This document shows, piece by piece, positions 24,490 to 38,369 of a stretch of 55,118 nt of DNA. Numbering within the stretch: the first letter of the stretch is position 1; the number at the start of each line of letters is the position of its first letter. The notes beneath the pieces are model-generated. The model made no database searches, had not been told where the DNA came from, and saw nothing but the letters and a program-made list of their open reading frames with translations. This DNA comes from Prorocentrum cordatum (Eukaryota), in the NCBI GenBank assembly GCA_963575745.1, contig CAUYUJ010000183.1:62001-117118 (forward strand), read 5' to 3'. A program made the position numbers and the translations under genes.

Positions 24490-25430
24490 TCCTCCTCCTG
24501 CTCCTCCTCCTCCTCCTGCTGCTCCTCCTCCTCCTCCCTCCTCCCTCCTCCCTCCTCTCTCCTCCCTCCTCCCTCCTCCCTCCTGATCCTCGTCCGCCCT
24601 CCTGCTCCTCGTCCTCCTCCTCCTCCTCCTCCTCCTCCTCCTCCTCCTCCTTCATCCTCCTCCTCCTCCTCCTCCTCCTCCCTCCTCCTCCTCCTCCTCC
24701 TCCTCCTCCTTCCTCCTCCTCCTCCTCCTCCTCCTCTCCTCCTCCTCCTCCTCCTCCCTCCTCCTCCTCCTCCTCCTCCTCCTCCGCCTCCTCCTCCTCC
24801 TCCTCCTCCTCCTCTCCTCCTCCTCCTCTCCTCCTCCTCCTCTCCTCCTCCTCCTCCTCCTCCTCCTCCTCCTCCTCCTCCTCTCTCCTCCTCCTCCCCC
24901 TCTCTCTCTCCTCCCTCCTCCTCCTCCTCTCCTCCTCCTCCTCCTCCTCCTCCTCCTCCTCCTCCTCCTCCTCCTCCTCCTCCTCCTCCTCCTCCTCCCT
25001 CCTCCTCCTCCCTCCTCCTCCTCCTCCTCCTCCTCCTCCTCCTCCTCCTCCTCCTCCTCCTCCTCCTCTCTCCTCCTCCGCCTCCTCCTCCTCCTCCTCC
25101 TCCTCCTCCTCCTCCTCCTCCTCCTCCTCCTCCTCCTCCTCCTCCTCCTCCTCCTCGTCCTCCTGCTGCTGCTACTCCTCCTCCCTCTTCCTCCTCGTCC
25201 TCTTCCTCCGTCCTCTTCCTCCTCCACCCCCTCCTCCTCTCTCTTCCTCCTCCTCCTCCTCCATCCTCCCTCCTCTCCTCTTCCTCCTCCTCCTCCTCCT
25301 CCTCCGCCATCCTTCCTCCTGCTCCTCCTCCTCCACCTCCTCCTCCTCCTCCTCCCCTCCCCTCCCTCCCTCCCTCCCTCCCTCCCTCCCTCATCCTCCG
25401 CCCTCTTTCCTCCCTCCTCCCCTTCCTCCA
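24490..25430. repeat. ~940-bp (CCT)n polypyrimidine tract
   Basis: Direct reading. Confidence 0.97.
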
Positions 25431-26223
25431 TTCCAGCTTCTTCCAAGTAACTCCTACCTGTCGCAAACCGAAACGTGTGCGTAGGGCGGGCTGGGCGTTT
25501 CGCCTGAGACTCCACCAGCGCTTGGGATCCTGAATATCGAAGTGTGCAACCGTTTATGTGATGAAAGGCGATTCCTTTTCCAATATGTGGCTCGCGCCAT
25601 CGCGTCCCGCAACCTAATCTTAGAAGTTTGCAGCGGCTTCAAAGATGACGGACAATGTGTTTTCAAAATCTGGCTCACGCCTCAGCGATGGGCACGTTCG
25701 TCTGAAAAGGTTACGGCAGTTTCACGGATTCGGTAGGTTGATGTCCCAGGCATGGTATTGTGGCAAAACTTGGGCTTGTAACAGTCACGTTGACTCGCAC
25801 TGTTGCCAGGAATGGCGTTATGGCACGACTCAAGACTGTCAGGACACAGCAGTCATTTCAACCCGCAGCGTTGAAGTTCCAGGGATGGTGCTGTGTTGCA
25901 CGATTCAGGATTGCAAGACAGTTGTCTTCTGATGGGCCACTACTCGACATGAAACCGAGGTCTTGTAGGGACCTCTGACAAAAAAAGCGGTACTTGGAGG
26001 GAGTGCCTCTTGTAACATCGGCGATGCGCCTTGGCTTGAACTGGTCCTCCTCCTCCTCCTGCTCCTCCTCCTTTCCTCCTCCTCCTCATTTCCTCCTCCT
26101 CCTCCTCCTCCTCCCCAGACGCTGCACCCCAGGCCCATGCCTGTGCTGGCCCCGGTGCGCCACCCTGGGCCGCCACGGGCACACGCCGGAACGTCGCAGA
26201 GGTGCACCACGAGAGCGGCAGGC

Positions 26224-26279
<56 letters not shown>

Positions 26280-26451
26280 AACGGCATCGAGCCGCCGCCG
26301 CCGGCCCAGAGCCCACGCGCTCCTCTCCCCGCGAAGCGCCCCCCGCCCGCTGCACGCGAGGACCCCGCGCACGGGCGCCTCCTGGGCGCGCCGCACGCCG
26401 AGCGCCGTGCGCACGCCGCGGCAGCGGCGGCTCGGTGCGCTGGGGCTCGGC

Positions 26452-26776
26452 TCAAGTCGGGCCTGTCCTCCAACAGGCAGGGAGCCCACAAAGGACGTGC
26501 GCGCCCAGCTGTGTACATGAACACGGCCCCTTGACCCGCGAGGCCGGCCGCGCGATACGAACATTCGCGCAATGCGAAGTCTCGAAACCAGCGTGGATTC
26601 ATGTACGTGTACGTCCTTCTTTCGCTCCTGAACAGGGGGGATCTTGGGCGGGAAAAATTGAAATACTCCGAAAATACCCCCAGATGGTCAAAGGTAAAAA
26701 AACATCGTCCCCGGACTATCTTGTTACTATTTCTGGATGTTCCTCGGCCTCCTGTGGGGGGACAGGCCCGACTTAA
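26452..26776. mobile_element. hAT-like MITE family A, copy 4 (long, 325 bp)
   Basis: TCAAGTCGGGCCTGTCC ... GGACAGGCCCGACTTAA; TSD GGCTCGGC/GGCTTGGC; shares internal AAACATCGTCCCCGGACT. Confidence 0.85.
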
Positions 26777-27714
26777 GGCTTGGCCCACGCGCTCCGAAGG
26801 GCACTCGTCGGTCGGAAGAAGCAGGCAGAAACATGAAGTAGGACGGCGTTGAAAAGTAGATTGGGCTTCCGCCCGCCCCTGGAAGGGGGGAGAGGGACAA
26901 CCGTTCGACCCCGGAAGCAGGAAGGCGCCTAGAGTAGATTGGAACCTGGGGATCCAAGCATACCTACTTTCAACGACCGATGGGTCAGGTGCAGGGGCGC
27001 TAACTGAGGTGGGGAGCATCGAACCAGAATCGGCGATACATCGGCGAGGAAGGAACGCTGGGCCCCCGAGAGCGAGCCCGCACACTCCTGGGCGGGGTGG
27101 GCCGTCGGGGCCCTGTCGGCGACGAGTGGGCGATTGGAGGTCGATGCGTCCCCCCTGGATCCTGCCCCCCTGAACGGCAGGGTCCATTTCGATCCGACCG
27201 ATCTTGTCCGATGTCGTGGCCCCCCTTGGGCCTACCTGCCCCTGACGCTGCGCCTGGCTGGAGGCGGCTGAGGGGTCTGCACTGGCCGGGGCCCCGGAAG
27301 ATCGGCCAGGAGGAGGGGTGAAACCAAATCCGTTCAGAATCGGTCACCAAGCCCGTACTGGGGTCCTTCCGGGTGCAACGTTTCGCCCCCGGATCCGTTT
27401 CTGACAGCACCGCTTGCCCACTGCTCGTCCGCGGGCTACTTCAAGCAATGGCTAGGTAATTCCTGAAGTGTTTAATTATGGCTCTGAGTCCGTAAATCGG
27501 CTAACCCCGCTACCGTCGCCGATGTACTTTCTCCCGGGCGGGATGACGACCTGCCCCAAGACTATGCAGCACACGCAGATGTTGGCGAGAGGGCAAGTTA
27601 CGTATTACTCGGCTACATCGCCGATCTAATTTCCCAGCCAGCCGATCTTAGCTCGAACTTACCACAGCCCCCGTTGTCTCGAAGAAAATTCTCGTGCGAG
27701 AGAAACACACGACG

Positions 27715-27841
27715 AAGAGAGAGAGAGAGAGCGAGACAGAGAGAGAGACAGACAAGACAGACACATAATCATAATCATAGAGAGTGCGAAACAGAAACTG
27801 GCAACGTCTCTCTCCAGATACATACATACATGCATGCATGC

Positions 27842-27904
<63 letters not shown>

Positions 27905-28232
27905 TACACACATACACACATACACACATACACACATACACACATACACACATACACACATACACACATACGTACATACATACATACATACATACATACA
28001 TACATACATACATGCATACGTACAAACATACATACATACAATCATGCATATATGTATATAAACAACCATACATACACATACACATAAACACATACACACA
28101 TACACGTACATATACCAATGCATACACAGACATACATACATACATACATACATACATACATACATACATACATACATACATACATGCATGCATGCATGCA
28201 TGCATGCATACATACATACATACATACATACA
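27715..28232. repeat. Compound (GA)n/(CATACA)n/(CATA)n microsatellite
   Basis: Direct reading. Confidence 0.95.
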
Positions 28233-28793
28233 AACGATCAGTATGTACATGTGTGTTCGTAGCGGTTCGACCCCTTTGGCGACTGCGATCGCTTGTGTGC
28301 CTTAGCGATTCCGATCGCGATGTGCATGCATTTGTACTTGCTGAACAGGCTCGCGCTGACGTGCCTTGTAGGATCGTTTGCAACACGTGCGGCGGGGGGG
28401 CAGATGGCGATCGCTGAATTGGGATGGGCGCGATGGCGACTGCTGCGGTGGGAAGGGAGCGATAGCGATCGCTGGAGCGGCTCACTTGCGGTTGCCGTGG
28501 GGCAATCCGCAGGCGATGGAGAAGTTCGATATGAAGACTGTTCAAAACGAGCCCTTGCAAGGCCCCCTTCTGGTGCTATAGGTACCCTCTGGTGTTCTTC
28601 CAAAGCTTTGAATCAAGGGTCGCACACGGCTCACTTGGGAGCGTCTTGGGGCCACATTAGGGCCATGGTAATTACTCGCCTTGCAGACTTTCCAAACAGA
28701 GTCCCAATTCCCGCAACCCATCGTCGCCGACCTCCGTGGAATTGAACGCATCGTCAACGAAGCCGGTCGCACTGAACATCGCAAATGCATCGT

Positions 28794-29196
28794 CGCAAGT
28801 AGGTAAGTGCAGTCAGGACGATACGATGATTATCTTTTTGTTTTCCTAGCGTTCTCGTTTTGTTCGCATGGGCTTCGGAATCCAGGAGAACAAACAGATA
28901 ACAAACATAGAACAACTGAACACCAAGACAACAAAGGGAGACCACGGGGAGCACCAGGAGACCAAAAGGATAACAAACGGAATCCATCAACAACCATATG
29001 CTTAGGGTGTTTGATTTCCTGTTTCTTTACTGTCCTTCACCGTGTGTTCTCCTGGTGGTCGTCGGTTGTTCTCATTTTGGTAACCTTTCGTGTTCCTGGG
29101 TTTCGAAGCCCAAGGGAACAATGGAGAATACAAGGAGAACGCTAGGACAACAAAAGGAGGCCATCGGGTCGTACTTACCGCGCTGACCTACTTACG
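28794..29196. mobile_element. ~400-bp long-TIR fold-back element (MULE/foldback-like, tentative)
   Basis: Left CGCAAGTAGGTAAGTGCAGTCAGGACGA..TTTTGTTTTCCTAGCGTTCTC..TGGGCTTCGGAATCCAGGA matches the reverse complement of the right end. Confidence 0.8.
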
Positions 29197-29536
29197 GGGG
29201 AGCACTGGCGCATTTCAGCGCGATGCACTGAGTGCGGACTGGTTCGAGTCCTCTCGTCTGCTATCATCGCGGCCATATCTCTGAACCATGAAGTGGGAAG
29301 GGAGCGGTGGGGATCGATGGGGTGAGGGGGGCGCGACGGCGATCGCTCTAGTGAAACAAGGAACGATGACGATCGCTGCGACTCGTCGTCGCCGCAAGTG
29401 CCCTGCCAGCGATCTCGATCGCTGCGGCCCCGCGCGCTTCTGCGCGCTCGTCCGCGTATCCGTCAAGGCCCGACTGCGCTGCTCGACCCGAGCGGCGCCG
29501 AGCGTGCTGCTCGAGCCGAGCAGCTCGTGCGTGTGA

Positions 29537-29851
29537 GCATCGTCGAACCGATCCCCAGCCCCGCCAGCGTGGGCTGGGCCACGCTGGCCGATGTTGCCCC
29601 CCCTGGATGCAAAAATTTGGGCTGCCCTCTTCGGGCCTCGAGGGGCACGGCCCCAGCTGAGGTGGTGGGACGGTGGGGCTCGAGATGTGGAGGGGGACGG
29701 GAGGAGGAGGAGGAGGAGGAGGAGGAGGAGGAGGAGGAGGAGGAGGAGGAGGAGGAGGGGGAGGAGGAGGAGAAAGGAGGAGGAGGAGGAGGAGGGAGGA
29801 GGGGGAGGAGGAGGAGGGAGGAGCAGGGGATGGGGATCGGTCAAACGATGC
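29537..29851 (+). mobile_element. PIF/Harbinger-like MITE family C, copy 3, carrying an internal (GGA)n tract
   Basis: GCATCGTCGAACCGATCCCC ... GGGGATCGGTCAAACGATGC; perfect TGA/TGA flanks; (GGA)n at ~29700-29823 absent from the other copies. Confidence 0.8.
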
Positions 29852-30647
29852 TGACCAGCGGCCCGCACGCGCCCAAGCGCCTGGCCGCCATGGCCGAGGG
29901 CGTCGGTCTAGTCACCGCGGCCTCCGGCGGGGCCGCGCCGGAGGGCGGCGTCGGCGAGGCCAGCGCCGCGCCGACGTTTCCGACCGAGGCTGCGGCCTCG
30001 GATCGAAGGGTCGAGACCACGAAGGCACACGAGCGATCGCAATCGCTAAAGCGGTGGATGGCGATGGTGCGTGCGTATAGTTACAGACACGTGGATAAAT
30101 AAGCATATATGTGTACAGATATGTATACATATATATATATATAGAAAAAGATGTGGGTGCAGACGTGGGTCTGTGGATTAATGAGCAGGAGAACGAGACA
30201 GAGAGAGAGAAAGAGACAGAGGGAGACAAAGAGAGAAGGAGAGAGAGAGAGAGAGAGAAAAAAAAAAAAGGAAAGAGAAAGAGAGAGAGAGCAACTGAAA
30301 CAATCAAAGAGATCGAGAGAGTGAGACGAGACACCTCTATACATCTCTACTATATATATACATTGAAAGATACAGATACGTGGAGAAACGGCGAAACCAA
30401 TCCTGAGACTCATCCTCTTCATTATCCCCCCTCCATATATCATTGGATAATAAAGTACACGGATAAGTCGCAATTTAGTTACGTAGCTTAGTAATGAAAT
30501 AAATAAGCACGAATACCAACAACCAATGAGCGGAGCCCGAAAACAGCCCCCAGCGACCAAAAAAGAGGCCCTGAAGGTGCCCTGTATGGCCCCTTTTCGA
30601 GCCAGTAGGCGTCCAAATGGAGCCCTACAGGCTACAGGGCACCCTTA

Positions 30648-30836
30648 TCGGGGAGACGTAAGACTCGGGTTTGGGGGCGGGTCAACCATGAAAATGACGA
30701 GACCCACTCTGAAATCTGACGGGAGCTCCCACTGCAGAAATCCCACGAAAACTCGACCGTCAAAATCCAGGGCGGGCTCGTCAAAAAGAGCAGGCGAACC
30801 AGAGTTCCGGCGTACTCGACCCTCACGTTTCCCCGA
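30648..30836 (+). mobile_element. MITE family D, copy 2
   Basis: TCGGGGAGACGTAAG ... CTCACGTTTCCCCGA. Confidence 0.75.
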
Positions 30837-31188
30837 CTCCAGGGCCCGATCTTCAGCCCCTGACAAGTGGACTAGATCCTACTACCATTGCGCGCCGCGC
30901 GAGGCCTCCAGGCTTTTCCTCTCAATTGAGGGATGAGAAAAAACACGGCCCTACCCTGGGTTACAGGTGCGTGGTCTGCAAACCTCCTGGGAACCCCCAA
31001 AGCCCAGAGCCGCCAGGACGCGGCACGTCCGCGCAGGGACCACCCCGCCAACCCACAGGAGCCTCGGCGCACGGCGCCTCGTAAAAACCAAGGTATAGGG
31101 GGTGCGTTTTTGCCTGCCCTTGACGCAAAAGCCCCCCTCTCAGCGCCCGCCCGAGACGGCCGCAAACCAGAGGCCCCCCCCCGGCTCG

Positions 31189-31350
31189 GGAGCGGCCAAG
31201 AGGGGGGTGTCCAAGAGGGGGGGGTGCAAATCATGACCGGCGGCACGTGCGCGGCCCAGCGGGGGGGCCAGGGACGTGATGAAACAAGAAGGGGCGCCAT
31301 GAAATCTGGGGAAATATCATGGCCCCCGCCATGATATCCCCCCCCCCCCC
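31189..31350 (+). mobile_element. MITE family E, copy 1 (3' end incomplete)
   Basis: GAGCGGCCAAGAGGGGGG..AAATCATG..GTGATGAAACAAGAAGGGGCGCCATGAA..CCATGATATCCCCC homologous to the 37504 copy. Confidence 0.7.
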
Positions 31351-31559
31351 TAGTCCTCACCCCCCTCTTCTCCGCCCCCGACCGGCGAAGGGGCGCCCTC
31401 GCGCGCCGCCGCTCCCCCCGGGCCCCCCGCGGTGTGCGCGGCGCCGGCCTTCGCCTCGAGGGCCGCCCCGGAGGGCGCCTGCCCGGCCGCCTCCATGGCC
31501 AGCTGGGCCCCCCCGGCCGCCCGCCCGCCTGCCAGGGCCGAAGTCGAGGCGACCATGGT

Positions 31560-31940
<381 letters not shown>

Positions 31941-31947
31941 GGAGGAG

Positions 31948-32126
31948 CCATAAACATGCTCGCGTCGTAAAACAAAATGTGAACGGGGGGTTTTGCCTGT
32001 TTTCGGCCCCAGGGGGGGCCCTCGCCGGGCCTCGGGGCCGTCCACACAATGACTCGGGACGAAAAAACCGGTCCCAGGGAAAGGGTCGGGACTTCCAGGG
32101 ACGCCGTCCTGCGTCGCATGTCTGGG
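31948..32126 (-). mobile_element. MITE family B copy
   Basis: GGGAAAGGGTCGGGACTTCCAGGG..CATGTCTGGG, matches the 50605 and 51007 copies. Confidence 0.75.
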
Positions 32127-32147
32127 ACCGAATAAACAGAAACTGTT

Positions 32148-32276
32148 GGAGGTCCGCTCGGGTGTCTTGGATCCGCGCCGCGTCCTCCTCCCTGGCGCGC
32201 GGAGCGCGCCAGGGGCGACGTCGGAGCGCCGCCAGCGGGTTTCGGTGCAGATCCAACAGAAACCGCGCAGAGCTTC
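32148..32276. mobile_element. Palindromic MITE family G copy
   Basis: TCTTGGATCC..CCTGGCGCGCGGAGCGCGCCAGG..GATCCAA. Confidence 0.65.
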
Positions 32277-33444
32277 CGAAGCGTATGCTTATGCCGCTTG
32301 CCTTCTTCAAAGTGATGTCATGATGCGATTCCGAAGTATCTGGCTGCCCTCCTTTCCGAAGCCCGTGCGGAACACTAGGAAGCTCGGTCATCTTGGAACG
32401 CACCATTACCGTAATGCCTGTTGGCCTCGGAGCAAGGGACCAAAGCCAGGCTTCGAACAGCCAGTGGCCAGTTGGCCGACGAGCAGCCCAGACCTCCTCT
32501 CGTCGCGAAACAAAATTAGATGTTCGCCCCCTGGGGCACTCATGAGGCCCCGCCAGCACTGTTGCTCGAGACGTCTGGGGTAAGCGAGAGCGGTTGCTGT
32601 TGAGCAGGCGACTTGCGTGTCTTGAGCGGCCAACGTCTGCGGCGATGCCCGCAGCGATCCCTGCGCAGACCTCACGGCAACCAACTCGGTATTCGTTCTT
32701 ATTCTCTCAATACCGCCCAATCCGATCGTCCCGACCGTGTGCTGCACATGCAGGGGGGCCTCGTCTGTCCCCTTGCGCCGACTATCCGTAGCACATTCGC
32801 GCCGAACCCGTGCCGAAAGCGTTGGAGCAGTGTCGAGCCCACGTCGGGTTCGCGTCGAGCCCGTGTCAAGCCCACGTCGAGAGTGCAAGGACAGACCGCC
32901 GCTTGCAAGACGGGACGAAGCGTAGGCGAGGATGCGCAGCCGCCGACCCTCTGCCTGCCAGCTCAGGGTGTGCCGTGGGGGCCGTCCTGCCGCGCACAGC
33001 GCGGGAAGGCGGAGAGCCCCAGGGAGATGCCCTGCGCAGCCAGAAACTATACACCGACACCCGACGACGAGCATCCCTCCTACACTCCACCTCCTCCTCC
33101 TCCTCCTCCTCCTCCTCCACCTTCTCCTCCTGCTCCTGCTCCTGATCCTCCTCCTCCTCCTCCTCCTCCTCCTCCTCCTCCTCCTCCTCCTGCCATCGTC
33201 CTGCTCCTCATCCTCTCTCTCGCACGCGCGGGCGCATCCCGCGATTGCGCGCGCGCGCTGCGCACCGCGCCTGCCAGGCGGCCGCCACGCGGCCATCCCG
33301 AAGTCCGAGCTCGTCCCCCCGCTCCCCCGCGAGGAAGCCCGTCGGCGCGGGGCGCAGCCAGCTGGCAGCGCGGCTCTGAACCGAATTGGCTGTGAACCAG
33401 CACTGAGATCTGGACGTTGCTCTTTTTGTTTGACGGCGGGCACA

Positions 33445-33592
33445 AGGGGGAAGGGGGAGGGGGGAAGGCTTCGTAGAGGGAGAATGCTCCTCGGAAGGCG
33501 CCGGCCCTACATCTACAAGCACGGCCCGCTCCTTTTAGCAAGCAGGAGTGCTTCTAAGAAGCCTTCCCCCCTCCCTCCCCCTACCCCCCTCT
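33445..33592 (+). mobile_element. MITE family F, copy 1
   Basis: G-rich/C-rich inverted ends, core GAAGGCGCCGGCCCTACATCTA..GGCCCGC..GTGCTTCTAAGAAGCC shared with the 51864 copy. Confidence 0.7.
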
Positions 33593-34156
33593 GCGGGTGG
33601 CCGAGACGGTACGATTTGTCACATGGCATCTCTTCCCCGATTTCGGCATCTACAGGGGGCCGCTTTCGTTCCGGGGCCTCTGGGCGGCATCTGGAGCCGG
33701 AGTGGCCACACACGGAGAAAGAGGAGGGCAGTCCGTGTCCACACCCGTCGGGCGAAGACAATGCAGAACACTGAGACGCCCGATCCGCAGAAACTCCGTG
33801 ACGCGCCCCCCCCCCCCCTACCCCAAGAAGGTCAAGCACTGAGATGCCTGCAGGACGGTCCTGGCACGCTGCCCCACGCCAGGCCCCGGCATCTTTGAGA
33901 GGGGGGTCGGGGGCCAATCGACGCTGTCCTGCTGTCTTGTCGCGCATGCCTTGACACAAGACGCTTTGACACTCTACGCCCTCCCACCAGGCGGAGGGGA
34001 ACTGCCGGCGTCCACGGGGGGGCGACGAGAGGGGGGTGGGGCGGGGCTTCTGAGCAGGGGGGTCGTCTTCTTGGAAGCCCGCCGGGCTTCTAAGAACCCA
34101 GACCCCCGACGTCGCGATTTGTTCACAGCGTCGAACCCCAGAGGTCTCCGCTCAGT

Positions 34157-34316
34157 GTAGATCGGGCATGTCCCCCTGCAGGCGGATTTTGGACCGAGAA
34201 TGGAAAATTGACAAGCACGCCCAAGAACAATGAAACAATCATGGAAACATCGTCCCCAGACTGATTGCTCGACTATGCTTAAATCTTCCTCCTGTAGGGG
34301 GACGTGCCCGACTGAA
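34157..34316. mobile_element. hAT-like MITE family A, copy 5, interrupting a family B copy (34097 to ~34415)
   Basis: ATCGGGCATGTCCCCCTGCAGGCGGATTTT ... CCTGTAGGGGGACGTGCCCGACTGAA; TSD not recognisable. Confidence 0.8.
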
Positions 34317-34599
34317 TCGTAACGCTGACCCCCCGAGAGTCTCCACTCGTTCCTTTGGGACCGGTCTCTCGCCCCGAGTCGCTTCTGACGGCCCCGCGGC
34401 CTGGTGCGGGCCCCCATAAATGAAGGGGCCCTGGGACACACAAACAAATACACACAAAGAAAAGGGTTCGCCATATTTTCCTATGTTTTCTGGTTTTTTC
34501 CACATATCCTAAGGATTGGGGTTCTTGTTATTACTCTGACGCCTCCCACTCCTCCTCCTTCCTCCCGCCTCCCGCCTCCCTCCTCCCAATGATAATCAC

Positions 34600-34912
34600 C
34601 AGATAAGATAAGACAAGATAAGATACTACAATATAAGATAAGCTAGCACAATATATGATAATGTAATATAAGATATATGACCAGGTAGGATAATAGATAA
34701 TATAAGACAGCCTATGGAGTAATAAGACAAGACAATATATGATGCGATAGTATGAGTTGATATAAGATAAGCTAAGACAAGATATGAGATTTCAAGATAA
34801 GATAAGATAAGATAGAGGGAGGTAAGATAAGATAGGACTCGATAAGATAAGATGAGACTCACTCTCACTCAGATTCACTCACAGTCACATTCACTCACAC
34901 TCACACTCTCTC
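34600..34912. repeat. (GATAA)n and (CACT)n-type degenerate simple repeats
   Basis: Direct reading. Confidence 0.9.
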
Positions 34913-34914
34913 AT

Positions 34915-35570
34915 GATCACAAAACGCTGCCAGGGGCATCACTTGGGAGCCCCAAGGGGGAGCCACCCTGGCTGATCTCACGAGCCCGTTCGCGCCGATT
35001 TTGGTGGGACGCCTCAGCTAGAATTGCCGTTTGGCCCCCCCAACATGTATCTCTTGAGAGCCTCATGGTCACAAAACGCTGCCAGGGGCATCATTTGGGA
35101 GCCCCAAGGGGGAGCCACCCTGGCTGATCTCACGAGCCCGTTCGCGCCGATTTTGGTGGGACGTCTCAGCTAAAATTGCCGTTTGGCGTCCCCAACATGT
35201 CTCTCTTGAGAGCCTCATGGTCGCAAAACGTTGCCAGGGGCATCATTTGGGGGCCCCAAGGGGGAGCCACCCTGGCTGATCTCACGAGCCCGTTCGCGCC
35301 GATTTTGGTGGGACGGCTCAGCTAGAATTGCCGTTTGGCCTCCCCAACATGTCTCTCTTGAGAGCCTCATGGTCACAAAACGCTGCCAGGGGCATCATTT
35401 GGGAGCCCCAAGGGGGGAGCCACCCTGGCTGATCTCACGAGCCCGTTCGCGCCGATTTTGGTGGGACGCCTCAGCTAGAATTGCCGTTTGGCGTCCCCAA
35501 CATGTATCTCTTGAGAGCCTCATGGTCACAAAACGCTGCCAGGGGCATCACTTGGGAGCCCCAGGGGGGT
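34915..35570. repeat. 152-bp tandem repeat, ~4.3 copies plus decayed fragments
   Basis: AAAACG(C/T)TGCCAGGGGCATCA at 34921, 35073, 35225, 35377, 35530. Confidence 0.97.
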
Positions 35571-35834
35571 CCACCAGGGGCTGCATAGTCACCAAACGCT
35601 GCCAAGGGCAGCATTTTGGCTTCCCAAAGAGGAGTCGACCCGGGCCTCCTAGTCGCCAGACACTGCCGGGGGCACCATTGGGATTCAGACTCGCACCCAG
35701 ACTCACTCATACACAAGCTCACTCACACTCAGATTCATTTCTTCAGAGTCAGGCACACGCAGACGTACCCATACTCAGACTCACCCACACTCAGGCTCAC
35801 CTAACCCAGACTCCGTCAGAAGCCAGTAGCGAAG

Positions 35835-37266
<1,432 letters not shown>

Positions 37267-37503
37267 AGCTCAGTCACACTTAAATCCAGATTCGTCCTCA
37301 CCGAGTCCCACCACCAAGGGAGCGCCAGCAAGGAGATGCACATATGGGGATCCCCACGCAGTGAATAATTGTCTTCCCCCCCACTGCCCATATTTTCCCA
37401 TATTTTCTGGGGAATCGACGATTCATTGTGTCTGTGTGTGTGTTTTTTTCCCTCCTGAATAGAGGCCGAAGACTGCGGCAAACCTTCCGTCGTGATTTTC
37501 CTG

Positions 37504-37692
37504 GAGCGGCCACGAGGGGGGCGGCCACGAGAGGGGGGGGGCAGAAATCATGGCCAGCGGCATGTGCGCGGCCGAGGGGGAGGGAGTCCAGGGGCGTGAC
37601 GAAACAAAAGGAGGCGCCATGAAGTCTGAAGGAATGTCATGGCCCACGCCATGAGATCCCCCCCCCTAACAATCCCCCCCCGCTTGGCCGCC
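37504..37692 (+). mobile_element. MITE family E, copy 2
   Basis: GAGCGGCCACGAGGGGGG ... CCCCCCCGCTTGGCCGCCC inverted termini. Confidence 0.7.
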
Positions 37693-38369
37693 CCCGATTT
37701 TTTTATGACCCCAAAAGTGCGGAAAACCTTCCGTCATGAGTTGCCGATGTCTGGGACGCAGTGGGCCCCAGAAACGGAAGGGCCTTTTTTTCGCCGTTCT
37801 CGAAAAAGTGTTTCTTGAAAGTGGAAACAGCTAAAACAATCGGCGACCAGAAACGGCAACAAAAAGTCCCGGGATTGGAGCCGGAGCCGGAAAAAAAACG
37901 GCGACGGAACCGGCAACCAAAAAAAAACGGCGACGGAACCGACATGACCACGGCAAGAACAGAGCCGGTCAAGCAGCGGCACGGTCGTTTCCGAAGCGCT
38001 CTCTGAAGCCTCCAGGGCCTTCTAAGAGCGCCCCCCTTCCTTCCGAGAGGGCCCTGCGCTCTCCCTGTAGGCCCACCCGCCTCGGCCCGCCCGCCCTCGT
38101 GGGCGCCGCCGCGAGGCCCAGCGCGGCCTCCAGGGGTCAGGCGAGGCCAGGGCGAGGACAAATTCGGGTGGGGGCCCAGGCATGATCGCGTCGGGAATCG
38201 TGGCGCCGCATCTTTTCCAGGGTTACAACCTTATTGCGGTGTCCCCGGCCGGGACTCCCGGCCAACACCGTGCACTGGAAGTACCAGCTAGTGGGTACCG
38301 CATGAATCGCGCCAGGCTTACAACTCTCTCACAGTGCCCCGGTCAAGCACCGTGCACTGGAAGTACTAA

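Noticed and set aside
34915..35570. 152-bp array as CRISPR, 5S rDNA or coding repeat
   Set aside because: Whole units repeat with no spacers, there is no recognisable 5S sequence, and the unit length is not a multiple of 3.
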